A stretch of DNA of 64,000 nucleotides, from contig CAWGAA010000002.1 of the NCBI GenBank assembly GCA_963820525.1, positions 416,001 to 480,000 on the forward strand, given 5' to 3'. The notes under the pieces were generated by a model. It saw nothing but the letters and a program-made list of their open reading frames with translations. It did no database searches and was not told where the DNA came from. This document shows positions 18,459 to 28,213 of this stretch, in pieces. The position numbers and the translations under genes are program-made. Within the stretch, counting starts at the first letter, position 1. Every line of letters begins with the position of its first letter. The stretch comes from an uncultured Spirochaetota bacterium (GTDB lineage: Bacteria > Spirochaetota > Spirochaetia > SZUA-6 > Fen-1364).

Positions 18459-19847
18459 ATGGGGGATCTTCCGTTCCTGATCAAAGTTTCCTTCACGGGG
18501 CTCGTCGTCTTTCAGCTGATTGCGCTCGCCCTGCGTTTCCCTTCCTGCGAATCGAAGGGGGAGGCCGTCGGGCTGGCTCTCCTTCTCGCGCTCCTGGGCG
18601 CGCGCCTGGTGATTCCGCCGGACTCCCCGTTCGCCGTCGCGCTTTCAGTCTGCCTTGTCTGGGTTGGCGGAGAGCTTCTCATCACCGTCATGGGAGAGAA
18701 GACCCACCTGCGCTGGGGGCTCCTGAACGCTTTTTTCCTGGCACTTCTGCAGCTCGCCTCGCTCTTCGAATACAGAAGCACCCTCTCCTTCATCGTTTTC
18801 CGCGGCTTCTTTCTCGGCGTGTTCAGCCTCTACCCGCTTCTCCTGCTTTTGCGGCTGCTGCGGAGGGACAAATGGGTCGCGGATGGATTCATCATATCCG
18901 CCGCCATCCTGATACTGCTGGCAAACGGCATCCAGCTCGTTTTCGCCTTCTTTGGGCGGCGCATCCCCGACCTCGAGATGTGGCCCGTCTGCCTTCTCAT
19001 CGGCGTCATCGGCTACCTCCTCTTCCAGGCGGGCTACCTTCTGCGGGACGGCAGGCGAAGAGGCAAGGCCGAGCTCATGGGACGCGTCGAGCTCATGCGC
19101 GCGGTGTATGGCCGGCTCCTTCGGACCGAAAACGCCCTCGTGCTGCAGGACAGGCTGATCGTCTCGGGGCTTCTCGCGATGGGGGCCGCCCATGATTTCA
19201 AGAACACCCTCGCGTACATGACGTCCACGGCCCAGCGCGCCCTCGGCCAGGCCGACCCCGATTTCAAGGACCGCGGACTTCGGCTGCTCATCCAGCATGC
19301 CGATGCCGGAGGGAAGGCGGCCGTGGAGTTCCTCGAACGGCTCTCGCGGGAGGGCAGGGAGGCGTCCCAGGCCATCGACGTGGCGGATTGCATCACGCGG
19401 CTCGTCAGGCTGGTTCGGGTGTCGTATCGGGCGCGCGGCGTCACGGTGCGACTCGATCTGCCGAAAGGGATCCGCATCTTTGCCCACCGCGGCGAGCTCG
19501 AACAGGCGCTGCTCAACCTGACGGGAAACGCCGCACAGAGTCTCGCCAGGGATGACTCCGCCGGGGAGAAGCTCATCGATATCTCCTGCCGCAGCTTCGA
19601 AGGCTCGGCGCTGATCGAGGTGAAGGACAACGCCGGGGGGGTGAGCGCGGAGGCCGTGGGAAGGCTTTTCCAAATCTGTCCACCGGCTGACGGCGGAACA
19701 GGCCTTGGCCTGTATCTCTCGCACAGCCTCATCGAGCGAAACGGAGGAACCCTTACCTATGTCGCCCTGGAGGGAGGAAGTTGCTTCCGCATCACGCTCC
19801 CCCTGGCGGAGGGCGACGCGGGTCAAGGATCCGAGATCGCGCCTTAG
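18459..19847 (+). CDS. Membrane-bound sensor histidine kinase
   Basis: About 7 TM helices, H-box AHDFKNTL, N-box EQALLNLTGNA, DNAGG, GTGLGL. Confidence 0.85.
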   Translation: MGDLPFLIKVSFTGLVVFQLIALALRFPSCESKGEAVGLALLLALLGARLVIPPDSPFAVALSVCLVWVGGELLITVMGEKTHLRWGLLNAFFLALLQLASLFEYRSTLSFIVFRGFFLGVFSLYPLLLLLRLLRRDKWVADGFIISAAILILLANGIQLVFAFFGRRIPDLEMWPVCLLIGVIGYLLFQAGYLLRDGRRRGKAELMGRVELMRAVYGRLLRTENALVLQDRLIVSGLLAMGAAHDFKNTLAYMTSTAQRALGQADPDFKDRGLRLLIQHADAGGKAAVEFLERLSREGREASQAIDVADCITRLVRLVRVSYRARGVTVRLDLPKGIRIFAHRGELEQALLNLTGNAAQSLARDDSAGEKLIDISCRSFEGSALIEVKDNAGGVSAEAVGRLFQICPPADGGTGLGLYLSHSLIERNGGTLTYVALEGGSCFRITLPLAEGDAGQGSEIAP

Positions 19848-19861
19848 CTTCCCCGATCATC

Positions 19862-19890
19862 AAAAAGCGCCCCGAGAGGGGGCGCTTTTT
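19862..19890. terminator. Bidirectional intrinsic terminator
   Basis: AAAAAGCGCCCC-gagag-GGGGCGCTTTTT between convergent genes. Confidence 0.9.
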
Positions 19891-19918
19891 GAGAGCCGAT
19901 TGGCCTGATGCAAGCTCG

Positions 19919-20356
19919 CTACGGCAGAGAAATGAGAATGCTCGCGGGGCTCGAAGAGCCGCTCATGTACACGGCCGGCGGTGTTCTGGCGTACTCGTCG
20001 AAATCGAGATAGCCGTTATCATTGGAATCGAACCAAGCGGTCACCGCGTAGGTGCCGTCGGAGAGGAAGTCGAAGGCGGCGCCCGCGTAGCATCGATAGC
20101 TTGTTGAAGAGCCCATGACCATCGAGTCCCTGTACCACGTCACGCTCGTGTCCATGTTCTCCAACCTGATCCACACTTTGTGAGCGTACCAGTCCGTGAT
20201 GGCTGAAGGATCCACCGCCACGTCGACGCTCACCGAGTTGGTCCCCTTGTCCCTGCCCGTCTGATCGGGGTAGATGCTTTCCAGCATCGCATCGCATCCG
20301 GCCAGGAGGAAAACGGCGGCCGCTGCGAGAATGACGATCGGTATGATCTTTTTCAT
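19919..20356 (-). CDS. Hypothetical lipoprotein
   Basis: Lipobox LLAGC, beta-rich body, DSNDNGYLD calcium-type loop. Confidence 0.8.
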   Translation of the reverse strand: MKKIIPIVILAAAAVFLLAGCDAMLESIYPDQTGRDKGTNSVSVDVAVDPSAITDWYAHKVWIRLENMDTSVTWYRDSMVMGSSTSYRCYAGAAFDFLSDGTYAVTAWFDSNDNGYLDFDEYARTPPAVYMSGSSSPASILISLP

Positions 20357-20368
20357 CGCGTTCCTCCT

Positions 20369-20971
20369 CTATTTCAGGTAGAAGGTGACCTGGAGCGAGG
20401 GGACCAGGCTCTCCACGATGTTGTTCCATGCCCACGCCCGAGACTCCTTGTCGCCAAGGGCGTCGAGGGTGGCAGTCAGGTCCTGCCAGCTCGCGAAGAC
20501 CGACGTGCCCGTCAGCGAAACCCCTATCCAGCCGAACTTGACTCCCGCTCCGACGCGAAGGTTCGCGCCGAAGCCTCCCGGCAACATCCCCTCCTGGTAG
20601 ACGTAGAGACAGTTGGTCCCCACCTCGGCAAAGGCCACGAGGGGTTTGAGATTCAGCTTGATGCCCACGTCGAAGAGGTTCAGGAAGCCGGGAGCGTAAT
20701 AGCCTGAGACATACCGCTGTGACGCGCCGTCCCAGTACCCCGTCCAGTTCTCAACCATGAAGTTGGGCAGGGCGAATGCGTCCCACGACAGATAGAGAAT
20801 GGACCAGCTGTACGCCACGTGATATCCGACAATGGAGTCGAGCTCCGTCTGATTGCCGTATACTGTCTGGGAAACCGGAGTCCAGGACATTCCCAGTTCC
20901 CATTCGGCGAAGGCGGGGGTCGCCAGGGCCAGAAGCACGAGCACAGCCAACGGGATGAGCAATTTCTTCAT
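20369..20971 (-). CDS. Exported beta-strand-rich protein, possible small outer-membrane barrel
   Basis: Likely start MKKLLIPLAV at 20971 after a GGAGG RBS (the ORF track over-extends it); signal peptide ending AFA; aromatic amphipathic strands ending QVTFYLK. Confidence 0.7.
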   Translation of the reverse strand: MKKLLIPLAVLVLLALATPAFAEWELGMSWTPVSQTVYGNQTELDSIVGYHVAYSWSILYLSWDAFALPNFMVENWTGYWDGASQRYVSGYYAPGFLNLFDVGIKLNLKPLVAFAEVGTNCLYVYQEGMLPGGFGANLRVGAGVKFGWIGVSLTGTSVFASWQDLTATLDALGDKESRAWAWNNIVESLVPSLQVTFYLK

Positions 20972-21103
20972 GAAGGCACCTCCTTCCCTTGTGCGAGAGT
21001 CGACGCTAGATATAACACCCTCCGGCGAAAAAACTGTCATACCCCCATTCCGGCGGCTTGAGCGCGGCGGATTTACGGATATACTGGGCACAGCGGGGAG
21101 GGC

Positions 21104-22216
21104 ATGGGCCGAAAGATTCTTGCAATAAATCCCGGATCCACTTCCACGAAGATCGCCCTCTACGACGAGGCCGAGGAGCTGTGGAAAAAGGGGCTCGCCC
21201 ATCGCTCGGAGGACCTTGCGCGTTTTGCAAAGCTCATGGACCAGATGGACTTTCGAAGCTCCGCCGTGCGGGAAAGCCTTCGCCAGGCTGGAGGTTTGGA
21301 GGCTTCGGATCTTCGCGCGGTGGTTGGCAGGGGGGGACTTTTGAAGCCCCTTGCCGGCGGCGTGTACGAGGTGAACGACCGGATGAAGGCGGACCTGGCT
21401 GCCTGCCGGTACGGGACCCATGCATCGAATCTCGGGGCCTTGATCGCCGACTCGCTGGCCAGGGAGTATCGCGTACCTGCCTATATCGTGGATCCCGTTG
21501 TCGTGGACGAGCTCGATCCCCTTGCCCGCTACTCCGGAGTTCCAGAGATCCCCCGCCGCTCGATCTTCCACGCCCTCAACCAGAAGGCCACGGCGAAGAA
21601 GGCGGCCCGCAGCCTGGGAAAGCCGTACACGGACTGCTCACTCATCGTGGCTCACCTGGGCGGAGGGACGTCGATCGGAGTGCACGTGGGCGGGAGGGTC
21701 GTGGACGTGAACAATGCCCTGGATGGAGAGGGCCCTTTCTCCATCGAGAGGGCGGGAACGGTGCCGGCCGGGGATTGGATGCGCTACGTGCTCTCACGCC
21801 AGGGGGAAGGCCAGGCCCTGCAGCTCAAGCTGACGGGAAGGGGAGGGCTCGTCGCGTATCTCCAGACCAATGACTTCACCGCCATCGAGAAGGCGGCCGC
21901 CGACTGCCGGGAGGGCGCCGCAGGCGGGGAGGGGGGGCCCGACGGCAGGCTCTGCCTCGAGCTGATCCAGGCCATGTGCTACCAGGTGGCGAAATCCATC
22001 GCGGGGCTCTCCGCGGTCGTGGGGGGGAGGCTCGACGCCGTCGTGCTCACGGGAGGCCTTGCCTTTTCCCGCGGCGTGGTGGAAGATATTACGCGGCGCG
22101 TTTCTTTCCTCGCGCCCGTGCTCCTCTTTCCCGGAGAGAACGAGCTGGAAGCCCTCGCAATGGGCGTTCGCGAAGTGCTCGAAGGGGAGGCGGAGGCGAA
22201 AACCTACCTCGGGTGA
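21104..22216 (+). CDS. buk: Butyrate / branched-chain carboxylate kinase
   Basis: INPGSTSTK, GRGGLLKP, HASNLG, DPVVVDE, FHALNQKA, HLGGGTS, PGENE. Confidence 0.96.
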   Translation: MGRKILAINPGSTSTKIALYDEAEELWKKGLAHRSEDLARFAKLMDQMDFRSSAVRESLRQAGGLEASDLRAVVGRGGLLKPLAGGVYEVNDRMKADLAACRYGTHASNLGALIADSLAREYRVPAYIVDPVVVDELDPLARYSGVPEIPRRSIFHALNQKATAKKAARSLGKPYTDCSLIVAHLGGGTSIGVHVGGRVVDVNNALDGEGPFSIERAGTVPAGDWMRYVLSRQGEGQALQLKLTGRGGLVAYLQTNDFTAIEKAAADCREGAAGGEGGPDGRLCLELIQAMCYQVAKSIAGLSAVVGGRLDAVVLTGGLAFSRGVVEDITRRVSFLAPVLLFPGENELEALAMGVREVLEGEAEAKTYLG

Positions 22217-22229
22217 GGAGTCGAGAGTG

Positions 22230-22760
22230 ATGAAGGGTCAAGACTACAAGAGACGCATCAAGGTGATCGACAGCCCCTTCCAGTACCGGATGGTCGCCAC
22301 GTACCTCGCGGTGGTGCTGGCCGGCTTCGTCGTGTTCTCCGTCGGGCTCTTCCTCTACTATTGGGTCTCCTACGCGTACGGCGACAACCTCTTCAAGGAG
22401 ATCATCACCCTGCACAAGCAGGTCAGCGAAACGCGGGTGGTCGAGGAAAACGGGGTCTCCAAGACCCTCACCTACACCACGACGCGCGACGTTCCGGGGG
22501 TGAACAGGCTGGAGCTTATCCTGCCGCCGCTTCTCATCAACAATCTCGCCATCATGATCTTCGTCATCGTCGTGGGGATCCTCACCTCTCACAGGATCGC
22601 GGGCCCCGTGTATCGAGTGGAGTCGGAGATCGATCGGGTCCTGGCTGGAGAGAAGGGCGTGCGGGTGAAGATCCGCGGGCGCGACCGCTTCCCCGAGCTT
22701 GCCGAAAAGGTCAACAGGCTCATTGAGCGCGCTGAAGCAGCCGGTGATCGCCAGCTCTGA
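22230..22760 (+). CDS. Two-TM membrane protein with HAMP-like C-terminus
   Basis: Start MKGQDYKRR after GAGGAG; two hydrophobic helices; SHRIAGPVYR...RGRDRFPELAEKVN. Confidence 0.7.
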   Translation: MKGQDYKRRIKVIDSPFQYRMVATYLAVVLAGFVVFSVGLFLYYWVSYAYGDNLFKEIITLHKQVSETRVVEENGVSKTLTYTTTRDVPGVNRLELILPPLLINNLAIMIFVIVVGILTSHRIAGPVYRVESEIDRVLAGEKGVRVKIRGRDRFPELAEKVNRLIERAEAAGDRQL

Positions 22761-23817
22761 GATCCGCGAGCCTTCCAATCGCAAGTACCTCGGCTCCAAG
22801 AGACTCCTGCGCGCCTGGATCTGCGACATCGTGGCTGACTCACGCGGCGTTCCGAAGTCGTTCCTGGACGGATTCTGCGGCACGGGCTGCGTGGGCGTGG
22901 AGATGTCCCGCAGGGGAGCGGCGCGGGTCGTGGCGGTCGACAACCTCCTCTCCAACTGCGTCATCCTGCGCGGGTTTGTCGCGGCGAGCGGAAAACGGGC
23001 CGACCGAAAGTCCCTGGGCGATCTCGTCGCTCGCCTGAACGCCCTTGATCCGCGGCCCGGCTACATCGCCGGAAACTTCGCGGGTACCTACTTCACCGCG
23101 GAGAACTGCGCCCGCATGGACGCCATGCGGGAGGAGATCGAGCGCCTGCGAGCCGGCGGGGAGATCTCCCCGGCCTGTCACGACTACCTCCTGGCTTCGT
23201 TCCTCCTTGCCGCCGACAGGGTGGCCAACACGCTGGGCCAGTACGATGCCTTCATGAAGAACATCGACTCCGGCACGGGTTTTCGGGGCGGGCGTCACGT
23301 CGTCGACGAGAGGGTAAAAACCCCGATCACGCTCCAACCCCTGGCGGACATCGGGATGGAAGAAGTCGAGGTGGTTTTCGGGGACATCCTCGCGCTCATG
23401 CCTTCGATCTCGGTGGAGGCGGCCTATTTCGATCCGCCTTACAACGGCAGACAGTATTGCGACAATTATCACGTGCTGGAGAACCTGGCCCGCTGGGAGA
23501 AGCCTCCCCTGTTCGGCAAGACCAGGAAGTTCGACAGAAGCGCTATGCGCAGCCCCTTTTCGCGACGCTCCGAAGCGGCCGCCGCGCTCGGCGCGCTCAT
23601 TGCGGCAACCGCTTCCCTGCATATCTTTCTCTCCTACAGCTCGGAGGGCATTCTCTCCCGCCAGAGCATCGAAGAGATCCTCCGGCGCTTCGGCGAGGTC
23701 AGGGTCCACGAGCTGCCCTACCCCGTTTTCGGCAATGGAGCGGGCGTATCACGCAGGAGGCAGGTCGTCGAGTACCTGTTCTCACTCGAACGCGGGGAGG
23801 GCATCCGTGGGGAGTAA
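22744..23817 (+). CDS. DNA adenine methyltransferase (D12 class, FokI/NlaIII-like)
   Basis: NRKYLGSK, DGFCGTG (SAM binding), YFDPPYNGRQY..NYHVLENL, LSYS; GTG start inferred. Confidence 0.88.
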   Translation: MIASSEIREPSNRKYLGSKRLLRAWICDIVADSRGVPKSFLDGFCGTGCVGVEMSRRGAARVVAVDNLLSNCVILRGFVAASGKRADRKSLGDLVARLNALDPRPGYIAGNFAGTYFTAENCARMDAMREEIERLRAGGEISPACHDYLLASFLLAADRVANTLGQYDAFMKNIDSGTGFRGGRHVVDERVKTPITLQPLADIGMEEVEVVFGDILALMPSISVEAAYFDPPYNGRQYCDNYHVLENLARWEKPPLFGKTRKFDRSAMRSPFSRRSEAAAALGALIAATASLHIFLSYSSEGILSRQSIEEILRRFGEVRVHELPYPVFGNGAGVSRRRQVVEYLFSLERGEGIRGE

Positions 23818-24664
23818 GAGGGAAATACTCGACGAGAATGGCGAGTCGCGCGGGTTCTACTCCGAAGACAATCGGGTCAACGACCTGACGGGGCGCGAGT
23901 GGGTCTTCTGGAGCCGTTCCGTAATCACCAAGCCGTACCCCCCCGACATGCAGCATGCCCTTCGAAACGCTCACGGAGGGCAGAAGCCTCCCCGGCTCTG
24001 CGAGGACCTGATCAGGGCGTTCACCAAGGCCGGGCAGTCCATCCTCGACCCCTTCATGGGGGTGGGCGGCGTGCTTCTGGGAGCTGCCCTCAGCGGCCGC
24101 ACGGCGGTGGGAATCGAGATCAACGGGAAATGGATCGACGTCTACAGGGAGGTATGCAGGCGTGAAGGCCTCACCGAGCAGGAGGCCATCCAGGGCGACG
24201 CACGCGAGGTCCTCGCCTCCTTGGAAGGCCGCGCCTTTCACTGCGTTCTCACGGACGTGCCGTACTGGAAGATGGACAAGGCGCCCAGGTCCCCCGGCAC
24301 CTACAAGAAGGTCGGCCAGAAGGCGAAGCCGGCGCGCAGGAGCGGCCTGGCCGCGTTCGATGCCGTATCGTATGCCTCCAAGGAGGAGTGGCTGCTGAGC
24401 ATGGAGGAGATCTTCCGGCAGGCGGCGCGGCTCCTTTTGCCGCAGGGGTACCTGCTTACCTTCATCGGAGACATGTACCGGGACAACCGCTATCACTGCC
24501 TTTCAGCCGAGCTCGCTTCGGCTCTGGCGAGGATCCCGGGCCTCGTGTGGAAGGCGAACATCGTCTGGTACGACGTGTCCAAGAAGCTGCACCTCTACGG
24601 CTACCAGTATGCCTACATCCCCTCCCTTATCCACCAGAACATCCTCGTGTTCAGAAAAGAGTAG
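23807..24664 (+). CDS. DNA amino-methyltransferase (N4C/N6A family)
   Basis: NDLTGREW, HGGQKP, ILDPFMGVG, GIEIN, catalytic-type TDVPYW; GTG start overlaps the upstream MTase. Confidence 0.82.
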   Translation: MGSKREILDENGESRGFYSEDNRVNDLTGREWVFWSRSVITKPYPPDMQHALRNAHGGQKPPRLCEDLIRAFTKAGQSILDPFMGVGGVLLGAALSGRTAVGIEINGKWIDVYREVCRREGLTEQEAIQGDAREVLASLEGRAFHCVLTDVPYWKMDKAPRSPGTYKKVGQKAKPARRSGLAAFDAVSYASKEEWLLSMEEIFRQAARLLLPQGYLLTFIGDMYRDNRYHCLSAELASALARIPGLVWKANIVWYDVSKKLHLYGYQYAYIPSLIHQNILVFRKE

Positions 24665-24792
24665 CGCCGGCGGCGATTCTCGCGAAGGGTGGCCCGACAC
24701 CCCCGCGATACGCCCCCCCTCGCGGCCCTTTTTCAGTTTTCGCCTTCCGCTGTCGATGGGGAAGAGAGACCTTTTCGCGGAAGGAGCAAGAG

Positions 24793-25221
24793 ATGAAGAC
24801 CCTGGTTTCCGCTTTCGTTGCCATGCTCGTGGCCGGAGCCCTGTGCGCCCTCGATGCCAAGGCGAGCGGCCAGGGCGGAGCCAAGCCGCTCGCTCCCCCC
24901 GCTCGAGCGGGGCAGGGCCCCCCTGCCTCGAAGTCGGAGACGGACGCCAACGGCGACGGGGCAGCCGACTTCGTCATCTTCTTCGATTCGCGGGGCCGCA
25001 AGGAGCGCGAGGAGCTCGACTTCAACTTCGATGGAAAGATGGACGACATGCTGTACTATACCGACGGGGTTCTGACCCGCGAGGAGATCGACTCCGATTT
25101 CGACGGCGCAATCGACGTCTGGGTGTACCTCGATGGCGGCGTCTACGTGAAGCGCTATGAAAGGGACCTCAACGGGGACGGCGTCCCCGATGTCGTGAAA
25201 GACTTCGGACAGAAGAAGTAG
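24793..25221 (+). CDS. Secreted protein with repeated DxDxDG calcium-binding loops
   Basis: Signal peptide; DANGDG, DFNFDG, DSDFDG, DLNGDG at about 23-aa spacing; AAGGAG RBS. Confidence 0.75.
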   Translation: MKTLVSAFVAMLVAGALCALDAKASGQGGAKPLAPPARAGQGPPASKSETDANGDGAADFVIFFDSRGRKEREELDFNFDGKMDDMLYYTDGVLTREEIDSDFDGAIDVWVYLDGGVYVKRYERDLNGDGVPDVVKDFGQKK

Positions 25222-25226
25222 GATCC

Positions 25227-25961
25227 ATGGCCGAGCACGTCAGCGGATACCACGCCATAGAAGAGACCCTCAAGAAGAGGAACGTCAGGGGGACGCTTTT
25301 CCTCTCCCGGAGCAACGAGAGGATCGAGCAGCTGCGGGAGCTCGCGGAACGCTCGGGGGTGGCCGTCAGCGAGGTCGGGGAGGGGGAGCTCACCCGCCTC
25401 TCGGGCTCCCCCTCCCACAAGGGTGCCCTTCTCGTCGTCGAGAAACCCTCGGGAGTCATGGCAACGGACCTGAAGGAATGGCTTTCCTCGTTCAGCTCGG
25501 AGGCCGCCCTGGTCCTCGCCCTCGACCATATCACGGACCCCCAGAACCTCGGAGCGATTCTGCGCTCGGCGGACCAGTTCACGGCCGACATGGTCCTCCT
25601 GCCCTCCCGCCGCTCGGCCCAGGAGACCCAAACCGTTGCCAAGGTATCGTCGGGCACCAGCGCCTACGTGCCTCTCCTGGTGGTGTCAAACCTCGCGACT
25701 TCCCTGGAGCTGTTGAAGAAGAACGGCTTCTGGATCTATGGGGCCGACATGGCGGGCGAGCGGGTGGACCGCGCCGACCTGCGCGGCAGGGTCTGCCTCG
25801 TGATGGGAAACGAGGGTGAGGGACTGCACAGGCTGGTCAAGGAGAAGTGCGACGTGCTTCTCCGCATTCCCTCAGCGGGGCACGTGGATTCCTTCAACGT
25901 GTCGGCCGCGGCGGCCATCCTCATGTACGAGACGCGCCGTCAGCAGGGGTTCCCATCCTGA
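25227..25961 (+). CDS. rlmB: 23S rRNA Gm2251 2'-O-methyltransferase (SPOUT)
   Basis: GYHAIEE, LDHITDPQNLGAILRSA, MGNEGEG, IP..GHVDSFNVSAA. Confidence 0.92.
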   Translation: MAEHVSGYHAIEETLKKRNVRGTLFLSRSNERIEQLRELAERSGVAVSEVGEGELTRLSGSPSHKGALLVVEKPSGVMATDLKEWLSSFSSEAALVLALDHITDPQNLGAILRSADQFTADMVLLPSRRSAQETQTVAKVSSGTSAYVPLLVVSNLATSLELLKKNGFWIYGADMAGERVDRADLRGRVCLVMGNEGEGLHRLVKEKCDVLLRIPSAGHVDSFNVSAAAAILMYETRRQQGFPS

Positions 25962-26349
25962 GGATCCGCTCGGCAAGGAGGACGGCGTTCTGCACCCCCT
26001 GCATGCCGATCCCCATTGTGGCAACGGGAACGCCCTTGGGAAGCTGGAGGATCGACAGAAGGGCATCGACGCCTCCCAGCGTGCCCGAGACGAGAGGAAC
26101 CCCGATCACGGGGCAACTCACGATCGAAGCCACCACTCCCGGAAGGGCTGCCGAGAGCCCGGCTGCCGCGATGACGAGCCGGTAGTCATTTTCTTCCGTT
26201 TTCAGGAACGAGACGAGCTGCTCGAGGTTCCTGTGCGCCGAGAGGACCTTGAGATCGAAGCTGATCCGCTTTTCCTTCAGGGATTCGATGCCGGGCTCGA
26301 TGGCTTCCCTGTCGGACTCCGAGCCGATCAGCAAAAGGACGTCCTTCAC
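25921..26349 (-). CDS. purE: AIR carboxylase / N5-CAIR mutase
   Basis: GSESD, SAHR, AAGLSAALPG, PVIGVP, LPKGVPVAT; GTG start at 26349 overlaps the purD stop. Confidence 0.93.
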   Translation of the reverse strand: MKDVLLLIGSESDREAIEPGIESLKEKRISFDLKVLSAHRNLEQLVSFLKTEENDYRLVIAAAGLSAALPGVVASIVSCPVIGVPLVSGTLGGVDALLSILQLPKGVPVATMGIGMQGVQNAVLLAERILRMGTPADGASRT

Positions 26350-27632
26350 GATTTTCCTCCCATGAACTTCCGGCCGATGTCTCCGCGATGCCACCCGCCC
26401 TCGAAGCGGACTCGCCCTACCGCCTCGTACGCCGCCTCGGAAGCCTCCCGGAGATCCCCGCCAAGACCCACCACCGTGAAGCATCTGCCCCCGCCCGTGA
26501 CGATGCGGCCGGAGGAATCTCTCGTCGTGGAGGCATGAAATATCTGGGTCCGGCCGTCGTCCCGACCGGGAGAGATCTCGACCGGTACGCCCTTGCGGGA
26601 GCTTTCGGGGTAGCCCTGGCTCGCGATCACGACGCCGAGGGCCGCCTTGGCTGAGCTTGAGCCTGCGGCCGCTCCCCGAAGCTCTGCCGCCATTCGCGCA
26701 AGCCCTCCAGAGGCGAGAGCCTCGGTCAGCTCGCCGAAGTCGATATCCAGCACGGGCAGGAGAACCTGGGTCTCGGGATCTCCGAATCTGACATTGAACT
26801 CAAGCACCTTCGGCCCGGCCGCGGTGATCATGAGGCCGAAGTAGAGAATCCCGGCGTACGACAGCTTCTCCCTGGCCATGGCGGCATAGGTCGGCTCCAC
26901 CACCTCGCGTCCTATCCTGTCCATGAGCGCCGCGTCGGCCAAGGGCATCGGGCAGATCGATCCCATTCCCCCCGTATTGGGGCCTCTGTCGCCGTCGAGG
27001 GCCTTCTTGAAATCCGTGCAGGGGGGCAGCACGAGGTGGCTTTCGCCGTCGCTCAGGCCGAACACCGAGACCTCCCAGCCTTCCAGGTATTCCTCCACCA
27101 GGAGGCGGTCGCCGGAGAGGATGGACCTTCCGAAGGCGGCAAGCTCATCCCCGCTGGAAGACTCAAGCACCCCCTTGCCTGCGGCGAGGCCGCTCTTCTT
27201 CACGACGAGCCTGCGGCCGTGCTGGGAACGGATGGAGCGCTCGAAGGCGGCGGCATCGTCGAACTCGACGGCCTTCGCTGTGGGAATTCCGTTCCGCACC
27301 AGGAATGACTTGGAGAAGGCCTTGCTCGATTCGAGCTCCGCCGCCCTTTTGTCGGGACCGATGGCGGGGATCCCGCGGTCCGCGAGAAAATCGACAACCC
27401 CCGCGGCGAGGGGAGCCTCGGGTCCGACAAACACGCACTCGATGCCTTTCTCCTGGACCGCCTGGAGCACGGAATCGAAAGCCAGGGGATTCACGCCGGG
27501 AAGGTTTTCGGCGACATCCCCCGTGCCTGCATTGCCCGGTCCGGCAAAAACGCGCGCCACTCTGGGGCTTGCGGCGAGCTTCCAGGCGATGGCATGCTCG
27601 CGCGCTCCCGAGCCGAGAACCAGCACCCTCAC
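26346..27632 (-). CDS. purD: Phosphoribosylamine-glycine ligase
   Basis: GSGAREHA, VGPEAPL, GLAAGKGV, GPNTGGMG, EFNVRFGDPETQ. Confidence 0.97.
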   Translation of the reverse strand: MRVLVLGSGAREHAIAWKLAASPRVARVFAGPGNAGTGDVAENLPGVNPLAFDSVLQAVQEKGIECVFVGPEAPLAAGVVDFLADRGIPAIGPDKRAAELESSKAFSKSFLVRNGIPTAKAVEFDDAAAFERSIRSQHGRRLVVKKSGLAAGKGVLESSSGDELAAFGRSILSGDRLLVEEYLEGWEVSVFGLSDGESHLVLPPCTDFKKALDGDRGPNTGGMGSICPMPLADAALMDRIGREVVEPTYAAMAREKLSYAGILYFGLMITAAGPKVLEFNVRFGDPETQVLLPVLDIDFGELTEALASGGLARMAAELRGAAAGSSSAKAALGVVIASQGYPESSRKGVPVEISPGRDDGRTQIFHASTTRDSSGRIVTGGGRCFTVVGLGGDLREASEAAYEAVGRVRFEGGWHRGDIGRKFMGGKS

Positions 27633-28213
27633 CTTTTCTCCCTCCCTCTGTCGATTCCATCGAGCAGGTCGATGAGCACCTTGGGGAACCAGGCATGCTC
27701 AAGCTCGTGGATGCGCCTCTCGATCTCATCGAGGCTTTCCGTCCCGTTCCTCGTGAAGGATTTCTGAAATATCAGGGGACCGGTATCGCAGCCTGTGTCG
27801 ATACGCATGATGGAGATCCCCAGCTCGGAGTCACCCGAACGGTAGCTTTCCTCGATTCCGTGCGCTCCGGGATACTTGGGAAGCAGGCTGGGGTGGAGGT
27901 TGACGATGTCTCCCTTGAAGCCCTGGAGGAAGAAGGGGGTGAGCAGGCGCATGAATCCCGCCAACGCCAGGAGGTCCACCTTGTGGCGGGCCAGGTGGAT
28001 GAGCATTTCCGCCTCGGTCGTCTCCCGTTTCTTGCCCGCGTAGGTGACAAGGTATGATGCGACGCCCATCTCGCTTGCGCGGTCCAGCGCGGGAGCGCCC
28101 TTCTTGTCGCAGAGGAGGAACTCCAGTGAATGATCGGGACGGTCCCTGAGAGCCTCGGCCACGGCGACGAAATTCGAGCCGCGCCCCGAAGCGAAGACCG
28201 CCAGCCTAGCCAT
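27629..28213 (-). CDS. purN: Phosphoribosylglycinamide formyltransferase
   Basis: ASGRGSN, LAGFMRLL, NLHPSLLPKYPG, DTGP. Confidence 0.96.
   Translation of the reverse strand: MARLAVFASGRGSNFVAVAEALRDRPDHSLEFLLCDKKGAPALDRASEMGVASYLVTYAGKKRETTEAEMLIHLARHKVDLLALAGFMRLLTPFFLQGFKGDIVNLHPSLLPKYPGAHGIEESYRSGDSELGISIMRIDTGCDTGPLIFQKSFTRNGTESLDEIERRIHELEHAWFPKVLIDLLDGIDRGREKR

Noticed and set aside
25921..25961. 41-bp convergent overlap of rlmB and purE
   Set aside because: Short tail overlap outside conserved domains; common and uninformative.
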